DNA from: Candidatus Fibrimonadales bacterium
GTDB taxonomy: Bacteria > Fibrobacterota > Fibrobacteria > Fibrobacterales > Fibrobacteraceae
DNA length: 54,038 bases
NCBI GenBank assembly: GCA_009787645.1
Contig: WQSZ01000001.1
Location: 7,145-61,182, forward strand
Direction of reading: 5' to 3'
Part shown: positions 45,319 to 54,038 of the stretch, piece by piece
How positions within the stretch are numbered: position 1 is the first letter of the stretch
How the letters are laid out: every line of letters starts with the position of its first letter
Made by a program: the position numbers and the translations under genes
The notes under the pieces: model-generated
Databases searched by the model: none
Seen by the model: only the letters and a program-made list of their open reading frames with translations
Told to the model about the DNA's origin: nothing

Positions 45319-47063
45319 AAACCCATGCCCACGATAAACATAAAGGATAAGCCTGCGAAAGACAGCATAGCAACGTAGGAGAGTGCTTTTAAGCGAGAGT
45401 TTTGCAAGATTTGCGCGCCTCGCATGGCAAAGTAAACCAGCGGGAACAATGCCGGCATAATGTAGCGAAAATCGTTTGAGCAGGAATACGGATAGCTAAT
45501 GCGCAGATAAGCCAGCGCAGCAAGCAAGAATACAGCGAAAAGCAATGCCGGGAATTCTTTTAACTGCGCGTGTATCATGCCCCAAAGAGTCAGCATAAAA
45601 ATGAACAATAGCAGAAAGCTAAGCATTATAGCCAAGATATGCCCAGCAGGAGAACTCCACAATTTAAATTCTCCGAACAGAGATGTTTTTAAAGCGAAAT
45701 TCCAAAAGTATTGGCGGCCACCTTTATCTGACCAGGTTGAAGCATAAGGCTCAAGCAAATAGTCTTTCAAATCAAAGTATAAGTAATTTCCGGTTTTATT
45801 GACGACCTGCATGCCGCTGTGCAAATTTCTAATATTCCCAACCAAGCTTGCTTTGTTTCCATCGTAGATATCAATAACTGTTCTGTAATTAGAAAAGCCT
45901 AGAGACAATATAATTATAGATGCTGAAATCAACAAGGTTCGCAAAGAATGCATTCTGAAAAAACGCAATGAGCCGGAAATGCAAATGATAATCCAGATTG
46001 CTAAAATTACAAAGCCTGTGGATTTAGCCGTTAGGGCAATAGCCGCTCCAATAGAAGCTAAAATAATGTCGGAACTCTTGTGCATTTGCCAGTATTTCTG
46101 CGCAAAAAACATGCAGAATAAGGCTCCAAAATAAAATAAGCTATCGTTGCCTATTCGTGGGGCGGCCAATGCAAAACCAGGCCAAAGCACGGAAACAAGG
46201 GATGTTAGGTACGCAGGCCAGCAGTTCCCAAACAGGCGAATGATTAACGCTACCCCAAAGATAATGCTGCCAAAAGACAACAGAAGGCTGAATTGCTGCA
46301 GAATTCTATTGGCAATGCTGGGATCATAAAGATCGGAAAGTTTTTTTATAGCCGCAGATGATATGTAATATAAAGGCGGATGGTAAGTGCTCCAGCCTTC
46401 ATTGATTTCGGGCATGCGGTTTTCTTCGGAGATTATCTTTATATACTCCAAATGGCCGCCTGTGTCGTAAGAGTATTGGGTAGGGCCCACATAAGCGTAT
46501 AAAACCAATCGAACTGCAATTCCGAGCAGTATTATAGAAGCTGCTATAAACCTGAATTTGATCTTTCTTAAAATCAATGCTGTGGAAAGAAGGAAAAGCA
46601 ACGCAAAAACATAGTGCATTATTGAGAGCGACCGGAATCCGTTGTAAGGCGTTTCAACTCGCAATCCTGCGGGACCGCCGTGATTCAGTATGCGGAATTC
46701 AAAATGATTCAAGCCTTTTTGGGCATATTGAGAAAAATCAAAGTAAGCCCCCTTGTGATAGTCGCAAATCCCGTCAATGCCATTCAGCGGGAATTTCTTT
46801 CCGTTAATCAAAATTTCTTCTATGCAGTTATCAGGAATTATATTGAATTTCACAGATTGGTTTTTAGTAAGCAGATTAAACGATATGAAAAATACTTCGT
46901 TTGCTTCCGTGCTGATTGAGTAGGGTAGCTTTATATTTTCTGTTTTATTGTTCCTAGTTGCCTTTACATCAGAAAATTCTATTTTAGATGGCAAAATAAT
47001 TAAATATGCTATTGCAAGCAGGGGCAGCAGATATAATAGAGGGTTGCGAATGAGCTTTTTCAT
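45315..47063 (-). CDS. GT-C fold membrane glycosyltransferase, paralog 2
   Basis: 582 aa, colinear with paralog 1 along its full length. Its stop codon shares 2 nt with the convergent stop of paralog 1. Confidence 0.6.
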   Translation of the reverse strand: MKKLIRNPLLYLLPLLAIAYLIILPSKIEFSDVKATRNNKTENIKLPYSISTEANEVFFISFNLLTKNQSVKFNIIPDNCIEEILINGKKFPLNGIDGICDYHKGAYFDFSQYAQKGLNHFEFRILNHGGPAGLRVETPYNGFRSLSIMHYVFALLFLLSTALILRKIKFRFIAASIILLGIAVRLVLYAYVGPTQYSYDTGGHLEYIKIISEENRMPEINEGWSTYHPPLYYISSAAIKKLSDLYDPSIANRILQQFSLLLSFGSIIFGVALIIRLFGNCWPAYLTSLVSVLWPGFALAAPRIGNDSLFYFGALFCMFFAQKYWQMHKSSDIILASIGAAIALTAKSTGFVILAIWIIICISGSLRFFRMHSLRTLLISASIIILSLGFSNYRTVIDIYDGNKASLVGNIRNLHSGMQVVNKTGNYLYFDLKDYLLEPYASTWSDKGGRQYFWNFALKTSLFGEFKLWSSPAGHILAIMLSFLLLFIFMLTLWGMIHAQLKEFPALLFAVFLLAALAYLRISYPYSCSNDFRYIMPALFPLVYFAMRGAQILQNSRLKALSYVAMLSFAGLSFMFIVGMGF

Positions 47064-47065
47064 AT

Positions 47066-48820
47066 TTAAATTGCCCTTCCAAAGATAAATACAATCGATA
47101 AGCCGGCAAAAGACAATAATGCCATGTAAGCAAGCCTTCTAATGCGGGAATTTAATAAAATCTGCGCACCTCGCAATGAAAAATACGCAAGAGGAAAAAT
47201 CATGGGAGCAATATAGCGAAACTCATTATTGCATGCATTGGGGTACGATATTCTAAAGCAAATAAGGGCAGCTAGCAAAAATAATAAAAAGAGCAATGCC
47301 GGTAACTCTTTGATTTTTACATGTATCACGCCCCACAGCGCAAGCACAAAAATAAGCAACACGCAAACGTTTAATCCGGTTGCTATAATGCGGCCCACCG
47401 GCAAAGTCTCAAATTTGGTTTCTCCGTGCAGGTACAAAGACGATTTTAAGAGATAGTTCCAAAAATACTGCCGCCCGCCTTTATCTGTCCATGCGCTTGT
47501 GTAAGGTACCAGCAAGTAATCTTCTATGTCAAAGTATATGTAGTTCCCAACTTTATTTTCCACTCTCAGGCCACTATGCACATTGGAGGTTTCCAGTAAA
47601 GCAACTCCTCTCCCTTCAAAAAGCTTGATTATGGTTCTATGGTTTGAAAAACCGGCAAACAACGCAATTATGAGTATTGATGCAAATAATGTTCTCAAAG
47701 AACTGATTTTTAGCGAACGTATAACGCTGAGTGCGTAAACAATAATCCAAACAGCCAAAACAACATAACCGGTAGTTTTTGCGGCTAAGGCAATAGAGGC
47801 TCCAATAGAGGCTAGGAGCACGTCTGAATTTCTATGCAAAAGCCAGTATCTTTGCGCAAAAAACATGCAGAACAAAGCTCCGAAATAGAAAAATATGTCA
47901 TTGTTGATTCTAGGCCCGGCAATAACAAGGCCAGGCCAAAGCACGGAAATTAAAGCTGCCAAGTACGCTAATCGGTTGTTTCCAAATAAATTAATGATTA
48001 AAGCCACTCCCAAAATAATGCTAGCGAAAGAAAATAAAAGGTGCACTTGCTGAAAGAATCTGGAAGTTAAAGCTGAATTATAAAGATCAGTAACATTTTT
48101 TATTGTTGCAAACATGATGTAATACAAGGGCGGTTGGTGGCACTCCCAGCACTCATTTATTTCCGGTAAGCGTTTTTCATTCGCAACAATTTGTATGTGC
48201 TCCAGGTGCTCTATCACATCGAAAGGGCTTTGCATTGGCCCCATATACACGTATACAGCCAGACGTACGGAAATGCCAAGCAGTATTATAGTGCTCACTA
48301 TAAATTTGAATTTAAGCTTTCTTAAAATCAAGAAAATATAAAACAGCAGGAACAATGTAAAAACATAGTGCAGTATGGAGAGTGATTTAAATCCGTTATA
48401 AGGCATTTCTAATCGCAATCCTCCCGGAAAGCCTTTATTTATTATGCGGAATTCAAAATCATTCAAGCCTTTTTGAGTGTATTTGGAAAAGTCAATATAT
48501 GCCCCTCTTGAGTAATCGCAAAGCCCATTAATGCCGTCTAGCGGGAATTTTTCTCCGTTAATCAGGATTTCTTCTATGCAATCATCGGGAATCACGTTGA
48601 ACTGCGCAGATTTATTATTTTTAACGTATAATTTAAAAGAAATGAAAAATACTTCATTTGCTTCCATTTTAACGGAATAAGGCAATTTTATATTTTCTGT
48701 TCTATTATTCCTCGTTATCTTAGTATCTGAAATTTCCATTTGGCCTGGAATCACAATGAAATACATTATGGCGAGCAATGGCAGCAAATAAAGCAAAGGC
48801 TCACGCAGATTTTTTTTCAT
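47066..48820 (-). CDS. GT-C fold membrane glycosyltransferase, paralog 3
   Basis: Start taken at ATG 48820 (MKKNLREPLLYLLPLL...). Same architecture as the other two paralogs. Lies 2 nt upstream of paralog 2. Confidence 0.6.
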   Translation of the reverse strand: MKKNLREPLLYLLPLLAIMYFIVIPGQMEISDTKITRNNRTENIKLPYSVKMEANEVFFISFKLYVKNNKSAQFNVIPDDCIEEILINGEKFPLDGINGLCDYSRGAYIDFSKYTQKGLNDFEFRIINKGFPGGLRLEMPYNGFKSLSILHYVFTLFLLFYIFLILRKLKFKFIVSTIILLGISVRLAVYVYMGPMQSPFDVIEHLEHIQIVANEKRLPEINECWECHQPPLYYIMFATIKNVTDLYNSALTSRFFQQVHLLFSFASIILGVALIINLFGNNRLAYLAALISVLWPGLVIAGPRINNDIFFYFGALFCMFFAQRYWLLHRNSDVLLASIGASIALAAKTTGYVVLAVWIIVYALSVIRSLKISSLRTLFASILIIALFAGFSNHRTIIKLFEGRGVALLETSNVHSGLRVENKVGNYIYFDIEDYLLVPYTSAWTDKGGRQYFWNYLLKSSLYLHGETKFETLPVGRIIATGLNVCVLLIFVLALWGVIHVKIKELPALLFLLFLLAALICFRISYPNACNNEFRYIAPMIFPLAYFSLRGAQILLNSRIRRLAYMALLSFAGLSIVFIFGRAI

Positions 48821-49031
48821 AGCGTTTATAATATACAAAATAGCATTTTAAAAAAGCCTTTTCTCGGTTCTGTTTTCAGGGCAAATGCATCTAAAATAGC
48901 ATCATTGAATGTGACGAATATCACACAAAAACGACATTTTTGACGAAAATCAATTTTTTTATGCATTTTTTCAAAAAAAAATCTTTTAAAATGCGTCTAA
49001 GTATATGGAAAGGTAACTATGGGAGATTTTT

Positions 49032-49754
49032 ATGTCCAAAAAGAAAGAGAAAGATCAGAGTCCGGCGCAGTTGTTTGACAACTCGTTCAAGTTCATAATG
49101 ACCGAGGCTAGCACGCCTGCTGTGGTGCATTTGATCAACGGGCTTTACAAAAAGAGCTATCCGCCGGATACTGTGGTGAAGATTGAGCCTAATGAATCCA
49201 TAAAAAAGCACCCTAAATCGGGTAATCTTGGTAAAATAGTCTCTGATATAGTGGTAACCCTGTTTTGCCAAGACCGCAATGACACTTATCTTATTGAAGC
49301 GCAGATAGATGACGATATGGAGATGTCGCTCAGGATTTTCAATTACAGCGTTCAGATAGCTTTGAAGCGCAAGAAGTTGGCGGCGGAATTGGCTGGTTAT
49401 GTGAATGAGATAGCCGAAGTTTTGCATAAGAGCCGTGAAAATTGCTATATTACAGATGTAGATGTTGTAATGCTCAAAGATTGCTTGTCTAACATGCATT
49501 CAGTGCTTTACGGTGGATATGAGGAACTTACGGAGGTTGATATGACATTAAAACAGATGCATGAGTCTAGCTCGCTTAGGACTATTGAGAAGGCTGAGGC
49601 GAAAGCCGAAATTAAAGGTGAGAAGCGTGGTATAAGCCTAGGTATAAATCAAGGCGTAACTCAAGTTGCCAAGGCAATGAAAGCGAGTGGCGAGGCTATC
49701 AGCAAAATTATGAGCTATACCGGTCTTTCACGGCGTGAGATAGCGGCGTTGTAA
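49032..49754 (+). CDS. Rpn/YhgA-like PD-(D/E)XK recombination-promoting nuclease / putative transposase
   Basis: 240 aa with FDNSFKFIMTE..., DIVVTLF...YLIEAQIDDD..MSLRIFNY, and a C-terminal helix-turn-helix-like tail (ISKIMSYTGLSRREIAAL). Confidence 0.6.
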   Translation: MSKKKEKDQSPAQLFDNSFKFIMTEASTPAVVHLINGLYKKSYPPDTVVKIEPNESIKKHPKSGNLGKIVSDIVVTLFCQDRNDTYLIEAQIDDDMEMSLRIFNYSVQIALKRKKLAAELAGYVNEIAEVLHKSRENCYITDVDVVMLKDCLSNMHSVLYGGYEELTEVDMTLKQMHESSSLRTIEKAEAKAEIKGEKRGISLGINQGVTQVAKAMKASGEAISKIMSYTGLSRREIAAL

Positions 49755-49839
49755 TTCTGATTCAAACAGTGAGTTAGCGATGAAGTGTGAACTTTGGAAT
49801 AGGGGATTAGGGGGATTAAATTTAGTAAATTACCCTTCC

Positions 49840-51120
49840 ATGAAAAAATTTTATTCCCTGAGTCTAGGATGCGCAAAAAACCAAGTGGATAGCGAGCGAG
49901 CAACAGCAGAACTGCTGTTTGCTAATCTTAAAGCAACTGTAAACCTAAAAGAAAGCGATGTGATACTCATAAACACCTGCGGCTTTATAGAATCTGCACA
50001 AGAAGAATCCATAGAAGCAATACTCTTGCATTTAAAGGACAAAAAAGCAACTCAAAAAGCCATAGTTTACGGATGCCTTAGCCAAAGATACTCAAAAGAA
50101 CTCGCAAAAGAAATCCCCGAAGTGGATATGTGGCTGGGCAATTACCATGCCGGAATGCTATTGGAAGCACTGGGATTTGAGTCACAAGCCAAATTGTGCA
50201 AAGCCAGCCCACCCAAGAGAATAAGGAATTCCGAGCACCCACACCACGCATACCTGAAAATAGCCGAGGGTTGCAATCGAGCATGCTCATTTTGCGTAAT
50301 ACCCTCAATACGGGGAAAACAGGTTTCGCAAAGCGTTGAAAACCTGGTAAGTGAGGCAAAGCAGTTAGAAGAAAACGGGGTCAAGGAACTCTCCTTAATA
50401 GCGCAGGATCTTAGCTCCTACGGAACGGATCTATACAAAGCGGCGAGCTTGGAACGGCTTTTGGAAGCCTTGCTGAAAAACACAAAAATACCCTGGCTGC
50501 GCTTAATGTACCTCTACCCGGAACACATAACAGGTGGCTTGCTGAACTTGATGGCAAAGGAACCGAGAATATGCAAATACGCAGATATGCCCATTCAGCA
50601 CGCAAGCGACAAAATGCTAAAACTTATGCGAAGAAAATATACCGTAAAAGATCTGAAAGCCCTGCTTTACAAAATGCGGGAAAAAGTGCCCGGCATATCG
50701 CTGAGAACAACGGTGCTTTTGGGTTTCCCCGGCGAAGAGCACAGCGACTTTGAAGAGCTTATGAACTTGGCAGAAGAGATTCGCTTTGAGCTTTTGGGAG
50801 GCTTTATATGGTCACCCGAAAAAGGAACTTCTGCCATGAGATTAAAGGAAAAGCGAGTGCCGGAAAAAACGGCGAGAATAAGGCTGGACACACTGATAGA
50901 GAGGCAAGACGAGATTTCCGCAGAAAAAAACAACGAATTAATAGGCCAAACCTTTGATGTAATTCTAGACAGCCCCACAGAAGCCCGTACACAAGGCAAT
51001 GCACTGGAAACAGACAACATAGTGAAAATTTCAAAAGGCAAAGGCAAAACCGGAGAGATAAGAAAAGTAAAAATAACAAAAACAGAAGCGCACGAACTGG
51101 ATGGCATTTTTGTAGATTAA
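49840..51120 (+). CDS. rimO: Ribosomal protein S12 methylthiotransferase RimO
   Basis: Start taken at ATG 49840 (MKKFYSLSLGCAKNQVDSE). Has the radical-SAM motif CNRACSFC and a C-terminal TRAM domain. Confidence 0.85.
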   Translation: MKKFYSLSLGCAKNQVDSERATAELLFANLKATVNLKESDVILINTCGFIESAQEESIEAILLHLKDKKATQKAIVYGCLSQRYSKELAKEIPEVDMWLGNYHAGMLLEALGFESQAKLCKASPPKRIRNSEHPHHAYLKIAEGCNRACSFCVIPSIRGKQVSQSVENLVSEAKQLEENGVKELSLIAQDLSSYGTDLYKAASLERLLEALLKNTKIPWLRLMYLYPEHITGGLLNLMAKEPRICKYADMPIQHASDKMLKLMRRKYTVKDLKALLYKMREKVPGISLRTTVLLGFPGEEHSDFEELMNLAEEIRFELLGGFIWSPEKGTSAMRLKEKRVPEKTARIRLDTLIERQDEISAEKNNELIGQTFDVILDSPTEARTQGNALETDNIVKISKGKGKTGEIRKVKITKTEAHELDGIFVD

Positions 51121-51124
51121 AGAA

Positions 51125-51535
51125 ATGAAAATAAGGACTCCTGTAAATCCTTTAATCCTGTTAATCGGGGTTCTGACGTTTTCCTGCACCACAACTTCAA
51201 TGCTTAGGGACAATGCGAATACGCTTTATGAGGAGTATAAAAGCTCTGTGAAATATCACGATGAATCTGAAAGGAACTATCTGATTCTGCTTGAAAATCT
51301 GGAGAGATACCCAAAGGACCCGTATCTTTTAACGAGAAAACAAATACTTCGCAAGGAAATAGAGCAAAACCGGTTGCTTATGCTGCAAGCTCGCAGCGAA
51401 TTTGAAAAAGCGTTGCTGGAATGGGACCTGGCTGTGCAAAAGATGGAAACCGGACTGCCGCAAGACTCCATAGATATAAGACAGATATTCGGATTACCAT
51501 CCCCTAAGGATACTATGTTACAACATTATAGGTGA
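51125..51535 (+). CDS. Hypothetical lipoprotein
   Basis: 136 aa with lipobox LTFSC; the remainder is helical. Confidence 0.4.
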   Translation: MKIRTPVNPLILLIGVLTFSCTTTSMLRDNANTLYEEYKSSVKYHDESERNYLILLENLERYPKDPYLLTRKQILRKEIEQNRLLMLQARSEFEKALLEWDLAVQKMETGLPQDSIDIRQIFGLPSPKDTMLQHYR

Positions 51536-52293
51536 ACCGTTAAATCAAAGATAAGCTTGCCGGCCAAGCCAATACTGGCAACCTGAATTACCCTTCTAAC
51601 CCAAATCTGATCGTATTTTTGCTGAAATTTGCTGCCGAAATATCCGCCTAAAATAGCACCCAAAGCCATGCAAGCCGCAAGTTCCCAAATCACTTTGCCC
51701 GCTATGAAAAAAGCAATGGAACTGAAAAACAAAAACCAGAAGCTCAAAAAATTTTTAATTCCGTTAATCTGTTTTATATCTAAACCGCTGTATTTGCGCA
51801 AAGCGAAAATCTGTATAAAACCCATGCCAACCTGCAAAAAACCGCCGTAAAAACCAACAAAACTAAAGCCTAAAAAAGCTTTTACCCCAAGCTTTGCCGG
51901 TGGTGCCTCAGGCGGTTTTCCCAAAGGGTCTATGCCCATGGAGCTCATAATGGCAACCGCAACCATTACAAAAGCGAGAAGCACCTGAAAATGCAAATCG
52001 TTTATAATAATAGCGAGCGTGGTTCCAAAAACCGCCCCAAAGAGAACCGCCGGCAAAAGGGCTTTTGCAATGTCCATTCTTATGAAACCATAGCGTTTCA
52101 TGTTAAAAACCGTGCTTAAAAGCCCAATGGTCATTCCGAGTCTATTTGTGCCGTTAGCAATGGTAGGCGGCAAACCGAGCAAAATCATAATGGGCAAGCT
52201 AAGAGCACTAGCTCCGCCGGCCAAACTGTTTATAAAAGTGACGGCAATACCAAGAATAAAGAAAATAACTGCGTAATAAAGAGAGAAGTCCAA
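51526..52293 (-). CDS. TauE/SafE family anion exporter
   Basis: 255 aa, multi-TM, with a TTG start at 52293. FINSLAGGASALSLPIMILLG is typical of TauE. Confidence 0.75.
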   Translation of the reverse strand: MDFSLYYAVIFFILGIAVTFINSLAGGASALSLPIMILLGLPPTIANGTNRLGMTIGLLSTVFNMKRYGFIRMDIAKALLPAVLFGAVFGTTLAIIINDLHFQVLLAFVMVAVAIMSSMGIDPLGKPPEAPPAKLGVKAFLGFSFVGFYGGFLQVGMGFIQIFALRKYSGLDIKQINGIKNFLSFWFLFFSSIAFFIAGKVIWELAACMALGAILGGYFGSKFQQKYDQIWVRRVIQVASIGLAGKLIFDLTVHL

Positions 52294-52356
<63 letters not shown>

Positions 52357-52366
<10 letters not shown>

Positions 52367-52797
52367 TTGCGGACAAATATAGTAAAATCGTTCACTTCCC
52401 TAAACTCTTTGTAAACAGAGGCAAAGCGCACATAAGCTACCGGATCTAATTTGGCAAGCTCATTCATAACCAAATCGCCTATGGTAGTGTAAGAAACCTC
52501 TATTTGATTCAAATGAGAAAGCTCATTTTCAATCATAGATACCATTTCATGTATTTTTTCGCTGCTAACAGGGCGTTTAACACAAGCCATTTTTATGCCG
52601 GATTCCAGTTTTTCGCGCTGAAACGGCTCACGCCTGCCGTCTCGCTTGGCTACAGTCAGTGAAACTCTCTCCACGTACTCATAAGTTGTAAAACGCTTAG
52701 AACACTCTAAGCACTCCCTGCGCCGTCGCACGGAATCTCCATTAGCACGAGTGTCAATTACCTTGTCGTTATCCGCTTTGCATCGTGGACAATTCAT
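52357..52797 (-). CDS. nrdR: Transcriptional repressor NrdR
   Basis: 146 aa with a zinc ribbon (MNCPRCKADN...CLECSKRFTTYE) and an ATP-cone. Confidence 0.92.
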
Positions 52798-53266
52798 AGT
52801 TAGAATGTAGTAAAATTCCGGTTCTTGTCATGCTATCGCTCGCATCGTTATAGGATATTAAAATGGAATTCCACTCTTTCATGGTCATCTTTATCTTTTT
52901 TTCAAGAACATTTTGCCTGTAGGCCGCCGCACGCCCCAATACCTCAGCGACGGTTGCCAGCAAATCCAAATATTCGGGCAACAGTTTTAAAAAAGGCAAA
53001 TCACCTTCGGGGCAACCATGTTCACCTTCGGGGCAACCACGGTGAATTGCCCCTACGGTGTTTGCCAAATATTCTTTTTGTTCGTTGCATTTTTCTTTTA
53101 AATTATCCATCATTCGGGTTATGCGAATCCAATCAACCTGCGGCGTAAACAGGCTTATGGGCCAGATTTTTGTTATGGAGAACTTGAACATGGAATCGTG
53201 CGCAGCGCGCTGGAGCTTTACCAACTCCCGCAAATTAGCGAGCATTGTTTCTTTTAATGAACTCAT
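52769..53266 (-). CDS. Hypothetical helical protein
   Basis: 165 aa with no family recognised. Contains the duplicated GCPEGEH/GCPEGD segment. Confidence 0.35.
   Translation of the reverse strand: MSSLKETMLANLRELVKLQRAAHDSMFKFSITKIWPISLFTPQVDWIRITRMMDNLKEKCNEQKEYLANTVGAIHRGCPEGEHGCPEGDLPFLKLLPEYLDLLATVAEVLGRAAAYRQNVLEKKIKMTMKEWNSILISYNDASDSMTRTGILLHSNYELSTMQSG
53001..53042. repeat. Two tandem copies of a 21-nt unit
   Basis: The copies are tcaccttcggggcaaccatgt and tcaccttcggggcaaccacgg, identical at 19 of 21 positions. Confidence 0.85.
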
Positions 53267-53268
53267 AT

Positions 53269-53904
53269 TTACAATGTAGAAAGATGCTTCACAATTCTGG
53301 GAACAGGCAAAAAACTGAACACGCTGTAAATTTTCAAGTATATTTTTTCACAAAGATTTACGCAAGGAATTATTAATTTTGGCAGGCCCGCCGTGCTGAA
53401 AGGCATGGAAAACTTGGCTCCACCGGCTTTGTTCCACAGAATAAACCTGCTGCTGTAATTTTCAAAACCCAGTTCTTTGCATAAAGAAAAAAGTGCTTTG
53501 GAGCCATACCACGCAGGCGCAACAAAACCCTGAGCTTCACCGGCATTTAATTTTTGCCAAGCTTGCAAAGCCTCGTGTAGCAGTATCTTTGAATCTTCCT
53601 TTGAAAGCCCCGCAAACTCCGCCTCGTAATTAGTCAAACGCAGGGCCATGCGCCCAAACAGGCTTCTTCTCATATTTGTGTCTGCCTTGTGCTTAAAACC
53701 ATGCAAATGCAGGCAATATCCCTCTTTTTTCCATTCCAAAAGCTGCATTGTGAATTTGCCCAGAGCCTCTACCCCAAGCTCCCCCGCAAAAGGTATTACC
53801 ATCAAATTCCACTTAATATCGCCGAATTTCCGCAATTCCGCAGCTATCTGCTCAAAATTGCACATCCCTACATCGTGAAATTCATAGACCGGAGAGCAGT
53901 GCAT
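53269..53904 (-). CDS. DUF2334-like (predicted polysaccharide deacetylase fold) protein
   Basis: 211 aa with LHLHGFKH...EAEF and GFVAPAWY. Confidence 0.45.
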   Translation of the reverse strand: MHCSPVYEFHDVGMCNFEQIAAELRKFGDIKWNLMVIPFAGELGVEALGKFTMQLLEWKKEGYCLHLHGFKHKADTNMRRSLFGRMALRLTNYEAEFAGLSKEDSKILLHEALQAWQKLNAGEAQGFVAPAWYGSKALFSLCKELGFENYSSRFILWNKAGGAKFSMPFSTAGLPKLIIPCVNLCEKIYLKIYSVFSFLPVPRIVKHLSTL

Positions 53905-54037
53905 CTATCTCGTCTTGGCTCAAAATACCATCTGTTTTTGCCTCTTCATGATGGGGTGGAGGTGAAGCCTGCTGAACCGGAACTGCTGCCGTAGGCATTG
54001 CTGAAAAAGCAGGTGGCGCTGTAGATATGGGAGCCGA
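53882..54037 (-). CDS. C-terminal fragment of a protein ending in a FliM/CheZ-type CheY-binding peptide
   Basis: Absent from the ORF track because it is open at the window edge. My translation reads ...PPAFSAMPTAAVPVQQASPPPHHEEAKTDGILSQDEIDALLSGL*. It overlaps the downstream gene start by about 23 nt. Confidence 0.4.
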   Translation of the reverse strand, partial: SAPISTAPPAFSAMPTAAVPVQQASPPPHHEEAKTDGILSQDEIDALLSGL

Positions 54038-54038
54038 G

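Noticed and set aside
49753-49768. Possible third copy of the 47-nt repeat (aattctgattcaaaca), just after the Rpn-like gene stop.
   Set aside because: Only a single unit plus the tail matches, 14 of 16 nt. This is too short to distinguish from chance in AT-rich sequence.

Overview
The window is a bacterial chromosomal segment, moderately AT-rich and densely coding, with many ATGA/TAATG-coupled genes. A 2221-aa SprA-type type IX secretion translocon points to the FCB superphylum (Fibrobacterota/Bacteroidota-like). The lineage also encodes a flagellin, and a CheY-binding-type peptide sits at the right edge. This taxonomic placement is inference only.

Positions 1-35 kb are mostly housekeeping:
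- recD2 (partial), gatB, an FtsB-like gene and dapB
- an M16 peptidase
- a sugar ABC operon that contains an unusual permease fusion
- dnaB, mlaE, a VapBC module and sprA
- tRNA-Gly and a stand-alone flagellin gene with a sigma-54-type promoter
- yggS, a Dabb protein, chorismate mutase, tyrA and nadK
- tRNA(CAT) and a GlgA-like glycosyltransferase
- an OmpR-type response regulator and HU

Positions 35-49.8 kb look like a mosaic accessory region:
- a four-gene operon: an SBP_bac_3-like periplasmic protein, a shortened TssF-like protein, a shortened TssG-like protein and an FGE/GldK-like protein. No other T6SS core gene is present in the window.
- a Panacea (DUF4065) antitoxin with an unclassified toxin candidate
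- a Gtr/Arn-like glycan-modification locus (GtrA, GNAT-methyltransferase fusion, FAD oxidoreductase, GtrB) followed by three paralogous GT-C glycosyltransferases
- an Rpn/YhgA-type nuclease

Two cassette junctions in this region carry imperfect direct duplications (47 nt and 33 nt).

A 70-aa PAAR-like micro-ORF lies inside the aromatic amino acid operon, followed by a catalytically degenerate EPSP-synthase-like gene.

The right end carries rimO, a lipoprotein, a TauE exporter, tRNA-Lys, nrdR and a DUF2334 protein. I saw no rRNA, CRISPR array, IS element or prophage. All family assignments come from reading the translations by eye; no searches were run.
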